Origin: Macrostomum hystrix
Taxonomy: Eukaryota; Animalia; Platyhelminthes
Direction of reading: 5' to 3'
DNA length: 64,000 nucleotides
Assembly: GCA_950097015.1 (NCBI GenBank)
Contig: CATNEN010000039.1
Location: forward strand, 12,028,001-12,092,000
Shown: positions 35,001-47,700 of the stretch, piece after piece
How the letters are laid out: the number at the start of each line of letters is the position of its first letter
Numbering within the stretch: the stretch's first letter is position 1
Program-made: the position numbers and the translations under genes
Notes under the pieces: model-generated
Database searches by the model: none
What the model was told of the DNA's origin: nothing
Seen by the model: only the letters and a program-made list of their open reading frames with translations

Positions 35001-38000
35001 GCAAGCAAAAACTACGGGACAAAAATAAAACATGTTTTGCAAAAAGCATGCAATCTTGCTTAGAGGGAGAAATATAAAAACAACGCGGTCACACATCTGC
35101 AATGTCAAACACACAGAGAGCTCAAATAGGAGGGCCAACTCACGTGTGGATCTACTTTGTTCTGTAAAGGCCGTTTGGTTTCCTCTTCGAGTGCTTTTTC
35201 CCACATCGAGCTGATGCGGGAACCCTGATTGTTATTATAGCGATGCTGGAGTTGGTGACTAGGTTTAGAAATCCCTGATTGTTATTATAGCGATGCTGGA
35301 GTTGGTGACTAGGTTTAGAAATCCCTGATTGTTATTATAGCGATGCTGGAGTTGGTGACTAGGTTTAGAAATCCCTGATTGTTATTATAGCGATGCTGGA
35401 GTTGGTGACTAGGTTTAGAAATCCCTGATTGTTATTATAGCGATGCTGGAGTTGGTGACTAGGTTTAGAAATCCCTGATTGTTATTATAGCGATGCTGGA
35501 GTTGGTGACTAGGTTTAGAAATCCCTGATTGTTATTATAGCGATGCTGGAGTTGGTGACTAGGTTTAGAAATCCCTGATTGTTATTATAGCGATGCTGGA
35601 GTTGGTGACTAGGTTTAGAAATCCCTGATTGTTATTATAGCGATGCTGGAGTTGGTGACTAGGTTTAGAAATCCCTGATTGTTATTATAGCGATGCTGGA
35701 GTTGGTGACTAGGTTTAGAAGTCCCTGATTGTTATTATAGCGATGCTGGAGTTGGTGACTAGGTTTAGAAATCCCTGATTGTTATTATTAAATGAATTTT
35801 TTTAAAACCGATGGCACAGTTTTGACAGCACTACTATTAAGTAGGCAGAGACGGGAAGTGGCAGACACATTTGGCGCTCACCGATCTAGGCCGAACGGAG
35901 CCGTTGTCCTTGGCAGGCGGCTGGTGGTTGCCATTCTGTTGCTCCATCTCGCGGAAGCGAGCAAGAACGTTGCGGCTGCTACCGGGTGCTGGGCGATCGT
36001 CCGAGTCGCCGTTGTCATAGCAACGGACAACATCTGGCGGCAGCTCCTGGGGCTGACTTTCAACAACGCCAGCGCTGCCCTCACGCGGCGGGGTGAAGCG
36101 CTTTGGCTTCTCAGAGTGCGGCCTCTCCTTCTCGCTGGTGGCTGTCTCGTAGCGATGCTTAGCCGACTGGAGGCCGGCGTAGTACACCTGTTGCAAATCC
36201 CAAAGATAGGATATTTTAATATGATATACTTACAAGATTTACAGAGGCATGTATTGTGAAACACTTGACTGGTGTGCCAACGACAAGTGATTTCAGTGAT
36301 CGTTTTTCCTCTCAGCTAGGTATGACATCAGAAATATGCCTTGGATGTCTATGGCCTAACCTCATCGATCTTCGATAACAAGTTAAGTGCAACGCGGGGA
36401 TTTTTAGCATGATTTTAGAGTTTATTAATGCCTTTCTTTGCCACAGACTGTAGAAAGCACCCAGTAATGACCACAGCCGTCTATTTCTCTGTGTCCGTAC
36501 CAAAAGTAAATAGTCTGCTACCTTCTTAGCTTAGATATGCCTATGGCCGAATAAAAACATTTGTTCACAATAGCAAGGCTGTGACTATAAGCGATCATGA
36601 AGAGGTGAAGTAGCCCTCGTTGCTGTGATTGCAACAGCTGGACTAAAAGGGAGCTATATTGTTGCCTGGCGAACAAAACAATTGTGAGCTAAACATAACA
36701 GAGAAACGTGAAATGAAGTGACAATGATATAGACTTTAATTAAGGTGAGAAGTGAAAATGCTGCTTAGCAGCTCAAATATCGAGGAAAAATATGAACCAT
36801 CTTGAGTACCCCAGACTGGAGTTGAGTCTGCTCAAGCTGGACAGTGCCAAACTCGCCGTAGGATGGGAATTCCGGAGCGCAGGACAGCTGCGCTGACACC
36901 CTGGGATGACGCGTTTCGCCACCTGATGCAAGTTTATGTTGCTTAGCAACCACCTGGGACGTATCAACCATTATTCTAGTTGGTTGCCTAGCAGAAGAGT
37001 CAGGCGAAACTATCACAAGAGGTTGAGAAGCTGCAGACAGCGGAGCAGAGACAGCCGACAATTGCATAGCAACAGGCAGTGGCAACGAAAAAGCAGCCGG
37101 AGGCTGCATGGAAACGAACTGTTGCCTAGCAACCGGAAGAAGCGATGTAATCGAACTTTGCCTAGCAACCAGTGGTCGCATAGCAACCGCCTGTTGAGCA
37201 ATAAAAAGTTCATCTACTGGCGAATGCGACTCATCGAATGACAGTTGCTTAGCAACCGTCTTTGACTCATCAGCTGGCGACTGTATTGTGGTAACCGACA
37301 GTTGCCTAGCAACCGCCTTCAGTTGAACTGTGGCCTTGGATGTTTTCGATGCGGCGAAAAACTCCGGAAGCTAAGTTAGATTTGAAACGGATAATGAGCA
37401 GGAGACCGCGTAAGTCTTTATTACGAGCGTACTATCGACTTAAGATAGCGGGTTTCTCCAGAAAATTATAGAGTGCAATTCTTGACCTTGACCTGACCTC
37501 CTTGACTTGCGTGCATCGTCAGTTTCTATTTTTAGATATAAATTTAGACCGTTCTAATTTTACCATCATGGTTCTCGTATGCCTGACAAAACTCCCTCGG
37601 CTGACGTCAGTTTCTATTTTTAGATAATAATAAAAATAGAGACCGTTCTATTTTTAGCAACACGGTTCTCGTATGCGTGTCAAAACTCCCTCGTCACGTG
37701 AACGCATAACTGACGTCAGTTTCTATTTTTAGATGCAGCAAATTATTTTGGGACTATAGTTCAAAAAATTCTTGGCACTTCTATTTTTAGCTAAAGGAAA
37801 CTGCTTTACGCTTTTTATTAGAGCAAAGGCAAGTGCACTTAAATAAGCTATTTTTTAACTCTCACCTTCTCCTTACGCTTCGACGGAGAAGCCGGTGGCT
37901 GCTCTTCGAAGGACTCAAAACGCGACTTGATGTTGCTCAGCTTTGGGACGTGGCCGCCGTTCTCAACTGACTCATCGCCGCTGCTAGCTGTGGGAAGCCA

Positions 38001-41000
38001 ATTTGATCAAATGTGTACTTTTATGTTGGCGTGTCGACAGAAAGAAATTAAACGATAGAACATTAAGCGCTGGCACATCAAACACTGGCAGGTTAATAAT
38101 TATTAAGGCATGCAAACCTAGGGCCGTGTTAACTGGTACGACATTAGCATCGCTGACACTGTAGCTGCCTGAAATATTGCATGTGGAAGGGGGAACAATA
38201 CATTAATTTGGCCCTGTCATGGATTCCAGCTTAGAGACTTAATTGCGAGCTTGATAACAATAATGCCTCACCTTTCAGCTTGAACAGTTCAATGTAGTGG
38301 GGCTGGCAATACAGTTGATTCTCCATGATGGCGAAATTTCCAACGCTGATATGAAAAATAAGGATAACAATGGGTTGGGTTTGACGAGCTCTTTAAGGAG
38401 TAGCATTTTACTAGTAATTACCTAAGCTGGCGCTGGCATTTGTGACAACGATAGCAGGCCTTATGATAGACGTGGCCATCTGAGGCCAGGCGTTCCATCG
38501 GGTACACTCTCCTGCGGCACATCTTGCAGCAGTCGGCGCCGCCCTGAGCCCGGTTAAAATAAAGTTTTATTTATGCACAATAATATGTCTACTAACAGTA
38601 GTGCTGGTGAATTCCACGAGAGAAAAATGTGCAGAAATAGAAAAAGAGAAATTATACATATACACCTAGCCCGGTTTGGGCCAGATATAGTCGGTGGAAC
38701 AATGGCTTACAAATGCTGTGTACAACTGATTAGTCTGAGGACTGGGAAGAATGCCACACACATTCCGCTATAAGATCCCATACAAGTGCTTTAAAGTAAA
38801 ATAAGCATAAATTGAATTGACTATAATCGAAACACAATGCATTTGATTAATCTAGCCGTGAAGGTAAAATGAACAGACACAGGCGCGCACAATTCTGTAG
38901 CTGATTATTGCGGCAGTTTCCATATCCGGGACTAGATTCTCGGACCAGAAGCCCATTGTTTCAATCTGTGACGAAGATAGTGGAGCCGATTTCTAGTTTC
39001 TAGCAACGCTTTGCTAATTACAACTATTAACAGTAGAACAGCAAGTGGGAGTGTTTCCCCCTCAAGAACACGGGCCAACTTTTTGTTGCGCATCTTCTGA
39101 AACAAGAATCAAGTCCCCAGCTCTGCAGACCGTCGAGATATTCAATGGTTCTGGCAGAAGGTAGGATTTTTGCCGTAAGCGCTAGTGAATTTCATACATC
39201 CCTATACAGGAATTAGCACTTCAAAATTTATCAGCATGTCACCCGAATGTGCCTGCATCATCCTACTGTTAATATTCCGTAATCGGTTCGCTAGGACATA
39301 AAGAAACGTGTAACATAAAGTGCGCCTGTATGATTCGTGCGCTAAACAACAAATTACTATCTAAAGAAGGTATATAATAATAGGAATAGACCAGCTTAGA
39401 ATAGGAATAAAAAGTCCATATGCAGCTAATTACATAGCTGGATCTGGCACACGAGGCGGTGCTGTTGTGCCTAAATAGGCTGGAGGCAGGCTTGCCGCCG
39501 TACTGTACACTGATGTCCTCCTGCAGCTGCCGCCGGTGATAAAACTCTCTCTGAGAACATGACAGCCAGATAGGTTTAGGGCTAGATATTATTTAGCCGG
39601 AGACAGTCACACAGACAGACAGACAGGTAACCAAATAATGCAGATCACTGTCTCACCTGCTGACTGAGTGTTGAATGGCTACTGTAGCCGCTCTCCATAC
39701 GACTGGACCCAACTTCGTCTCCATTAGTAGACTCGTTGGTTGCCATGGCGAAGCCGCACTGCTGACGATCCTGCTCGTCGAACTGGTCTTCTTCGTCTTG
39801 ACGGGCGCGATGGTGCAGGAGGAAGAGGAGGAGGGGTGGGTGGGGCACAGCAAACTGCAGGCAGGCGATGTCATGCGCGCGAGAACGTGGGACTTCGCAG
39901 CATTCGCCAATTATCGCAACCCCATTTAATATGGCTATGCAAGGCCTGTAAACTTACTATTTAATGCATGTACGAGCGACATTGACCCGTGACGATCAAA
40001 ATCCAGACCTAGCAAATCTAAATAATCTACGAAAGCTCCCAAAGTGTTTTCTCCGCAGAAGCCGATGTGCATAATTCCCCGCCGATGACACAGCGACCGA
40101 ACTAGTGCCATTGGGAATGCGAAAAGGATGCCGGAAATTTATTTGGGAAAATTTAAGACACACACGCCGACACATACTAGTCGCTATTCCCATCAGCCTA
40201 TCGATCGGGTACGGGAGAGAAAGGTAGAAAGAATTAAGACAGAATGATTAAATATTTAACTAGCTGGCCTCTCTATTATTAAGGAGAAAAACAATAGGGT
40301 AGTAAGGATAATAAAATCAATAATCTGAATAGTAAATGCCAACGCACTGCCGAACTATTGTATGAATAACATAGGGATGAGTGGCAGAGCGGTTCATAGC
40401 TGAGGATGGGGCTCATGGATGCTTGACTGCCTGAGGATGTGGCTGATGGATGCTTGCCTACCTGAGGATGGGGCTCATGGATGCTTGACTACCTGAGGAT
40501 GTGGCCGATAGATGCTTGACTACCTGAGGATGTGGCTGATGGATGCTTGACTACCTGAGGATGTGGCTGATGGATGCTTGACTTACCTGAGGATGGGGCT
40601 GATGGATGCTTGACTACCTGAGGATGGGGCTGATGGATGCTTGACTGCCTGAGGATGTGGCTGATGGATGCTTGACTACCTGAGGATGGGGCTGATGGAT
40701 GCTTGACTACCTGAGGATGTGGCTGATGGATGCTTGACTACCTGAGGATAGGGCTGCTGGATGCTTGGCTCTAGAAAACGGGTGCTTGATTGTCTGCGGA
40801 GTTAAATATCAGAGCGGTCTAACGCGTTTGCGTCTCGCACCAAGGTCCCTGAGCTCGATTACGCAGTGAGGCGACATTAATTTGGGGCGCAGCCGCGGAG
40901 AGAAGGCTTGGGGGCTTGTCGTACAGTTTACAAACTGGAGGGCCGACCTATAAAGCTCAGTGAAAGTGTACACTGCCTGACAATGAGAAAGCCAGGGCAG

Positions 41001-42166
41001 ATGTACACACCTGTGTGTGCATGCCTGCGTACGGTATCTGTGTGGGTGTGTGTTCAGGAGTCAGCGAAATGGGCAGAATTGCCTCCTCGCTGGCTTGCAG
41101 GTCTAGTGTCATCATATGATGCGCCAGTGGGCCCGCAGCGCTCCAGCAAAAATATTTTTTGTATGAATGGCGTCACCGGGCCACCTACAATAGGCCCTAC
41201 AAATTCTGTAGCGCAGCTAGCCACAGTGCGCAGTTCAGAATTGACTAACTGCATCAAGTAAATGTCAACTATTAAAAAACATGTGTAACAGTAGAAGCAC
41301 AGCACACAAAACATTGGTCAGCAGAAAAAATGTCATGCAATTACTTTTTGTTTTTTTATCTATGCATTTTGAGCTAGTTAAAATGGATAGGAAAAGAAAC
41401 GACAGAAAAATAGTCCTCAGAAATTCGTTTGACGAGTTAGAGCAGCGTTTGAGTCGGAGAAGCGTTTTAGCCGCTAACGATGGGTTTAAAACAACCATTT
41501 CAAGCTTCTTCTTATCTTACAAATATTTCTCTCTCTGATGACTCACCAGCAACTTGCTGATCTTCCGGCTCGAGATTCTGCTGCTGCTGACTGTCTAGAG
41601 TCCCTGGACTGACCTGCTCCAGCTGCTGAGAGTCGTTAGCTACGGCTTCCTGCAAGCGATGCAGAAAATCTAAGCGTTAAATGAGCCCAATTCAAGGCTT
41701 CATTTGTTGAAGGCAGGCATGCAAGATATAAATAACTGGCTAGAAAAATCCGGTTCCTTAAAATAAGAGTGAACTGCACTGGGCTCAAATACCAGAAAAA
41801 ATACCATTTACCATACTCGTTCAGTTCGGCCTTATCAAATATATGTGAATAATTACACGCTGTTGTAGAAGTGTCATTTACTATGAAAAGAAGAAGCAGG
41901 AGAGAGTACAGAGAGTAGACAAGATCTGGTGTGCTCATTGACAGTAACACCGTGAGAATCGTTGGCTGCCAGCTCAAGAGAATGTCTCTCTCCAGCTCCA
42001 TTACTCTTAAAAAATTGTCTGAGGAGTGCAACGATTAAATTAGCAGTTTTATAATGAAAGAAGCAAGTCTTAATAATATGCGATTCGGCAAACTTGATTC
42101 TAGTGAATTGTTGTTGCGTCATTCAAGAAAACTTGTTAGCAATCGATGGAGAACCAATCTTACCAT
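29025..42166 (-). CDS. EPLIN/LIMD2/XIRP-type LIM-domain protein with repeated YEN-P...PDVVR modules
   Basis: ATG exon ending 42164, then ~41650-41547, ~39797-39657, ~39552-39433, LIM exons ~38544-38422 ([36 protein letters not shown]) and ~38346-38272 ([25 protein letters not shown]), ~38168-38118, ~37988-37866 ([10 protein letters not shown]), ~36187-35882, exon ending ~34321, ~32778-32407, 32028-~31721, terminal exons ~30776-30675 or ~29450-29025. Some boundaries uncertain. Confidence 0.75.
29730..30300. repeat. 16-bp purine-rich minisatellite (ATGAGACACGGGAGAG and variants)
   Basis: Direct inspection; degenerates to the right. Confidence 0.9.
31150..31492 (-). mobile_element. SINE family 2, full length
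   Basis: Reverse complement from GTGAGTGGCAGAGCGGTCTAACG to GCCCGCGGCCCAG plus T-run. Confidence 0.85.
31522..31598. repeat. (CAGA/CAGG)n microsatellite
   Basis: Direct inspection. Confidence 0.85.
32045..32358. repeat. 24-bp intronic minisatellite (GGGTGAGAATGGCAGGTTGAGACA), ~13 copies
   Basis: Direct inspection. Confidence 0.95.
32876..33106 (+). mobile_element. SINE family 2, deleted and 3'-truncated
   Basis: GGGTGAGTGGCAGAGCGG...GCGAAATGGGCAGAA. Confidence 0.75.
33112..34236. repeat. 12-bp (2x6) satellite GGTTCAGGGTAG/GGTTCAGGGTGA
   Basis: Direct inspection; ~1.1 kb. Confidence 0.95.
35223..35787. repeat. 50-bp minisatellite, ~11 nearly identical copies
   Basis: CCCTGATTGTTATTATAGCGATGCTGGAGTTGGTGACTAGGTTTAGAAAT. 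Confidence 0.95.
37515..37790. repeat. Imperfect ~90-110 bp tandem repeat containing CGTCAGTTTCTATTTTTAGAT
   Basis: Three near-identical cores plus a shorter fourth. Confidence 0.6.
40374..41140 (+). mobile_element. SINE family 2 split by a minisatellite insertion
   Basis: Head GGGATGAGTGGCAGAGCGGT at 40374-40393; remainder resumes at 40810. Confidence 0.8.
40400..40770. repeat. 31-bp minisatellite (CTGAGGATGKGGCTGATGGATGCTTGACTAC), ~12 copies
   Basis: Direct inspection. Confidence 0.95.
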
Positions 42167-42393
42167 GATTCAGTGCGAATTGTTCAAATAATTTGTCCGA
42201 AGCTGCCGCTTTCAATGCGTCTTATTATGTTCAAACTAAAGAAAATAACTTTAAAGGCACGCAACAATTTTAACTGCTACAATCTATATAATGCGAGTTG
42301 TAAATGCTCGAAGTAAAAAAATCGCCTTTCGCCTTTGCTTGAAGCCAATCCAGATATGAGAAACTGGGGGGAGAGGAGCGGGGGAGGTGCTCA

Positions 42394-42406
42394 CTTTTAT
42401 TTATAG
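42394..42406 (-). promoter_or_regulatory. Candidate TATA box of the LIM gene
   Basis: CTATAAATAAAAG on the minus strand ~240 nt upstream of the ATG exon, followed by an Inr-like CCAGTT. Confidence 0.3.
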
Positions 42407-44711
42407 CCTTTCTTTCCTTTTTCACTCCTTTCTCGCTTTCTTTCTACGCCAATGTGCAGCTTCGGGGGGGTAGACGTGGAGGTTAAATGGGGGATCGCTG
42501 GTTCACGGCGAGACACTGGCGGCGCACTGGGTTTATAGGCTCCAGAGGAAAGGGAAAACTGTTGGTTTCGGAGGCCAGGCTTAAATAGGAAAATGTTAAA
42601 GCCTCCCGCCAGTCAATCCTTCACTATTCGATATTCGGGGGCAGACATTGTGCATTCAAGAAGCAAGGAAGAAAGGAAGGCGGATGCAGCATTGCAACCA
42701 GCTAGGAAAGCTGCACTACAGCTGCACGTACAGGCGGTGCACCAGCCGCATGTACTGCCAGGTGTACACTGTACACTTCACTTTTGGAAGCGAATTTTGC
42801 TGTACCAACGAAAAAGGGGAGAGAAAGGATTGGAAGGCCGGAAAAGAAAACGTTGAAAGAGAATTTCTTTCTCTTCAAACAAGCAAGCAGGCTGCAGAAT
42901 GCGGCTGTTTACAACGAATGCCAGACCGGACGCAAGCGGGAAGCGCGTCGTGTGTTTAGAGAGAGTTGGGCAGTGCGTAGGCCAACGCTACATCTGGATG
43001 GCGCATCAGAGCGCTGAAGGAATTGCGGCGATAACTCAGGCGGATTCCATTCAATTTGGCAGCAGTTAGGGGCAGTGGGCCATGCAGCATTCAACTGATG
43101 CCATTGTTTATGAGCTACGACTAACAAGTCGCCCCATATCACACATAGCCGTACTGTTAGACATTACTGACTAGCTGAACCTTTACCCTAAAATGATTTA
43201 TTAGAAATGTTTTAAATCGAATTATGCTTTTCATTTTGCTTTGCTGAGCGCTTATGAAAATGTATTTCAGCTTTTCAACTATTGTGTTATTTGGCAAAGT
43301 GGCTACTAGGTGCTGCTTGTTACAGTAGACCATTGAATGATGACCTGAGAGTGGAAACTAATTGTCTGGTGTCAAAGCTGGCTAAGATGCGTAGGTAGCA
43401 AAGTTATTGTTCCAAAAAGGAAAACGCAATGCCTATTTTTAACTCTAGTATCGTGGATTGTACTTTTACGGATTTTACTGTGTTTTGAAATGCACCATCT
43501 TGAAGTTGGAAGGCTTTATAACAAATCACTTGTTTTCGGATTTGTTTTAAATGAAACCGATTACGGATTTACTACACACAAATTTTATCAGTTTATTAAT
43601 GTAACTTTTAACTCGAAATATAATGAATGTTTTTATGTACATAGATTGCAACTTAAATTATGTGGAATAGAGGAAAAATCGGGAGGGGAAGATGGTAAAG
43701 GCAAAGCGGAGCTTGGGATCAGTCTCAAGCATAATTTCAACCTGGTTCGAGGGTTGAATGGCTGCCGGCGCCAAGTAAGCAATAAAAAAATAACGCGCCT
43801 TCATCAGAAAAAATAGCAGAAGTATTTTATAGAATTAGAAATTGCTTTACAAGTCATATAGTAGACCATTTCATTTATAAGCTAGCTATGACTACTCAAA
43901 TTATATTTTAGGCCCCACCGTGAGAATTTCATAGTCTGCTTCAAGGCTCGTCTATATGGAAAAAATTATTAACGATAGTTTTTGCTTAACGTTTAAAGGA
44001 CTTGTGATGTGTACTTTATCAATGAATTTTGGAAGAAACTAAATTCCGATGCTTAGTAAAACACTTCATCCACTAACCACTGCGGCTAATTTATATGGTT
44101 TTAGTTCAGTACAAAAGGGCTTTGAGGAAGCGGGCCTCTATAATTTTTTTAGATTTAGACAAATGAAAAGAGTAAGTTTTGCGTGCCAAGTTAAAATTCA
44201 AACGATAAAAAAGTCTGTGCAATAGAATTCTCTACACCAGTTGTGTGGCATTTAGCTTATTTGCTACAGTCACTATAGATACACGTGTGTGTGTAAATTT
44301 CAGTTTTGCTGCAGGCATGCTGACTTTGCTGATAAATTTTCTGTTGAAAATGTTTAGTTTACCAGTAGACTAGAATAGTAGACAAACAAATTGCTTTTAG
44401 TCAGTGCGCTGCAATTGTGAAGAGAAGTGATAAAATTGTTCCTCATTTAATGTAAAACTGCAGTGTGAAAGCAGATAAATGACAACACTAAATTATATAA
44501 ACATAGGCAGGAAGGAAGTTTTACGTGCGTCTTATTATTTACGTCTTATCGAGTCAGTAGAGACTACTCTACCTACCCAGCAGTGATTGCTAACCTCACA
44601 CGGACAGGACGACAACAAGATTTCAGTTTATGAAGAAACAATGGTGACGACGAAATCAATTCATAGATAAGGTTACAACATCGAATCAAAGCTGATAATG
44701 AATCTTTATTA

Positions 44712-47700
44712 TTATACCAGATCTAAACCCGGCGACAGTGTCGCCCTGATGGTCAAGCAGGGCTTCGCTGAGGCGGCGGTGGCCGCTTCCGCAAGAGCGG
44801 TCAGATCGGACTCATCCTCGCTGGACACAATGTCCGCTGCAATCACCTGGTGGCTTAGCATCTGCTCAAGCAGCGGCGATTCAGGAGTTTCAAGTAGCCC
44901 AATCTCGGGCTCAAGATAAGGCAGCTGAAGCTCTTCATCCGTAATATTCTGGCTACCGTCCTGTGTGTTTTTTGTACAACAATTATCGCCAAATAGAATT
45001 TACAGCTTATTGAATAAAAGTTTTACTTTACGATGCTTTTCCCTCTACTTATTTGAGTAGGCTGATGCGAGCTCGCATTTTTGTGAATAATTATCAGAGA
45101 ACTACAAAAAGTGGGCTGCCTAAAAACTTAGGATTATTGACTTGACGTGAGCGACGTTATGTCAGTAAGTGAGTAATTCTAGCTAGGTGCAATGAGTATC
45201 AATGAGTATCATCAGCACACGTAAGCAACAACGAGTGCTGCTAAAAAACCTGATGATCAACATGGGACTTGGGAGTTTAAAGCGAGGCTGCATAGAACTG
45301 CATCGGTGAGTCATAAATGCGCGGAGATATGGCAACGAAGGAAGGGAGGAAAGAGGGTATATGACCACGGCCCGTGGGGAATAGGCAACCGGATTAGAGG
45401 GAAAACCCAGAGGGTGAGCAAGATAGGGGGGATAAGGCCAGATAGGAAATGTACATTCAATCTGCACAAGGGGCAGGGCGGGACAGAGTTTAGAAGAAGA
45501 AATTATTGCAAACCCTATGCAATGCAGGCAACATTAGTATTAAGAAAAACTATATCCCGGCCTTCCTGTCTGCCCTATGAATCACTGGCTGCAATATCTT
45601 ATAATCTGTATATGGCATGCATATACAGAATAGTTAGCCATTACTCATTTATACTCCTACGTATAATATTGCAGACCCAATAATACCTAATGGCCTAGAT
45701 AGAAGACAAAGGTCCCATAGTCATAAGCTAGGTGAAATGTTTGCACCAATTTTCAAACATTTCAAGTCTGGAACAGACAAAGATTTCACAGTCACACTAA
45801 ACCAAACCAATATTTCTAAGTCAAAGATTCGGAAATGCTAGCCATTCTTACCGTGGTCGTTCATTAATAATCAATGCAAGCTTCTACAATATTAATACTG
45901 AGTTTAGAATTGTGAACCGCCACGCCCATGTTGATTCAATATACAGAGCGGATATATATCACCAAGAAGTGCAGGACATGTCTGACGACAGAGAAAAATC
46001 TACTATTAGCATAGTAGAACGGTAGAGCAATAAACAAAAATGTGAAATACAGGACAATGTCAAAATAGCACAAAATAACATACAAAGATAAACTAAATTA
46101 GAATTTATGCAAATATTATAGACGATTAATCAATAGACTAATTGCTAAGTACAGGTTGACAAAGGCGTGTCTAATTTAATAGTGCAAAGACAAATTGATA
46201 ATCGACAGTAGAGGCAATACATATTGAATAAGAAGACCACAACATGGAATGGTCTAGAGCTACCATCACGAACAACCCTAGCATTTAGCGGGCATACCAG
46301 TGGCCTTCATTACCTGGCTAGCATCGGTGTCTGCACCCAGGCGGCCAATAATTTCAATGTTGGGCCGGTTGAAATAGCGACTAGCCCAGTGCTCGGTCTC
46401 CTCACGTTTGCTCACTAGAGACTTGTCGCCAAAGTAAAATGTTTTAGAGTCGGCCGCGCTGGCAGTCGGCTTCGAGCCAGAAGACACTGGCGGCGGCGCC
46501 CTGCCTGGCGGTTGTTGTTGTTGCTGCTGCTGCTGCTGCTGTTTTTGTTGTTGTTGTTGCTCTTGTTGCTGTTGGTATCGACGCAATCGACTGACAACGG
46601 AGTCATGCGCAGAAGTAGCCGCGCTAGCTTGAGGTGTCGGCTGCTGCTGCTGAGACTGCTCAGGCTGTCGATACTGTTGATGATAAGCTGCTCTGACTTC
46701 AACTGGCTGCCGCTGCGGTTGCGGTTGCTGCTCCTGGAAGCGACTAGCCAGAGCGCGCACTTTGCCGGTGCGAATCGGATTTGATTCGCTGGGCGCGGCA
46801 TTATAAGTGTAGGACAGGTTTCTAGGCGACGCGTTCTCCGCGTACCAGAATGACTCCGGCTGCTGCTCCTGCTCCTGCTGCTGCTGCTGATTCTCATCGG
46901 AGGAATGCTGCAGCTGATTATTGGGTTCAGGATAGATAAGAGTGTGCCGAAGCAATTCAAAGCTGGGCTCGGCGTCCAGGGTCTCGTCTGCATCGCCGTC
47001 ATCGTCCGAGGCCGCGCCAGCAGGGGCTGGGCTGATGAAGCCGAATTTGAGCGGCTGAAACTTGCGCACCGGATATTCCACGCTAGAAACTACAGCCGCA
47101 GGGCCGTCGGGAGTTAGCCGCTGTCTGGAGGTTAGGTCGTTCTCCTCCTGCTGCACTAGAACCTCCAAAATCGGGTGGCGCAAAGCAGCTTCCGGCTCGC
47201 TGGTCTGAAAGTAGATGTTCTTTTTTAGCCAGTACTGGATGCGCTGGTTTACTTCGTGGTCCTCGGGCAGCTTCTCGCCGGGCCGCGGTGCAGGATTAGT
47301 GCCGAAGATCTCGTCCAAGTTTATGTCTGTCACTGACCGATCTTTTCGCACCTTCTCCGGTAGCACCATGATGTCGCTGGAGTTGCTGAAGCTCTTCTCT
47401 GAGCCACCGGCAGCAGCGCCAACCCCACCGTTACTGGATGTCTGCGGCTTGCGAACTAGAACAACCTTTTTGTATGGGTGCTCGATCTTCAACGCCAGCT
47501 TCGGTTGCGGCTGCGGTTGTCGGATACTTTCGCCAGCAGCTGCCGCCTCCTCTTCCAGACTGGTGCCATCCTGCGAAGTTCCGTCATGAGAGGAAGGAGC
47601 TAAGTTTTCAGCCACAGCGGCTTCTTCATCGTCAAAGGAGCCGGCGGAATTCGGAGTGCGCAATCGCCTACCAAACTGTGCAGTGGGCGGGTGCAGGGAT

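Noticed and set aside
35223-35787. CRISPR-like regular array
   Set aside because: Head-to-tail identical 50-bp units with no unique spacers, in a eukaryotic intron; no cas genes
40741-40800. Hammerhead ribozyme (CTGAGGA...stem...GAAA...GTC)
   Set aside because: Stem I cannot form, stem II has a non-consensus closing pair and there is an extra A; the CTGATGA in SINE 2 likewise lacks the three-stem geometry
42593-43142. Possible coding or transposase remnant
   Set aside because: Short ORFs in several frames with no motif I can identify
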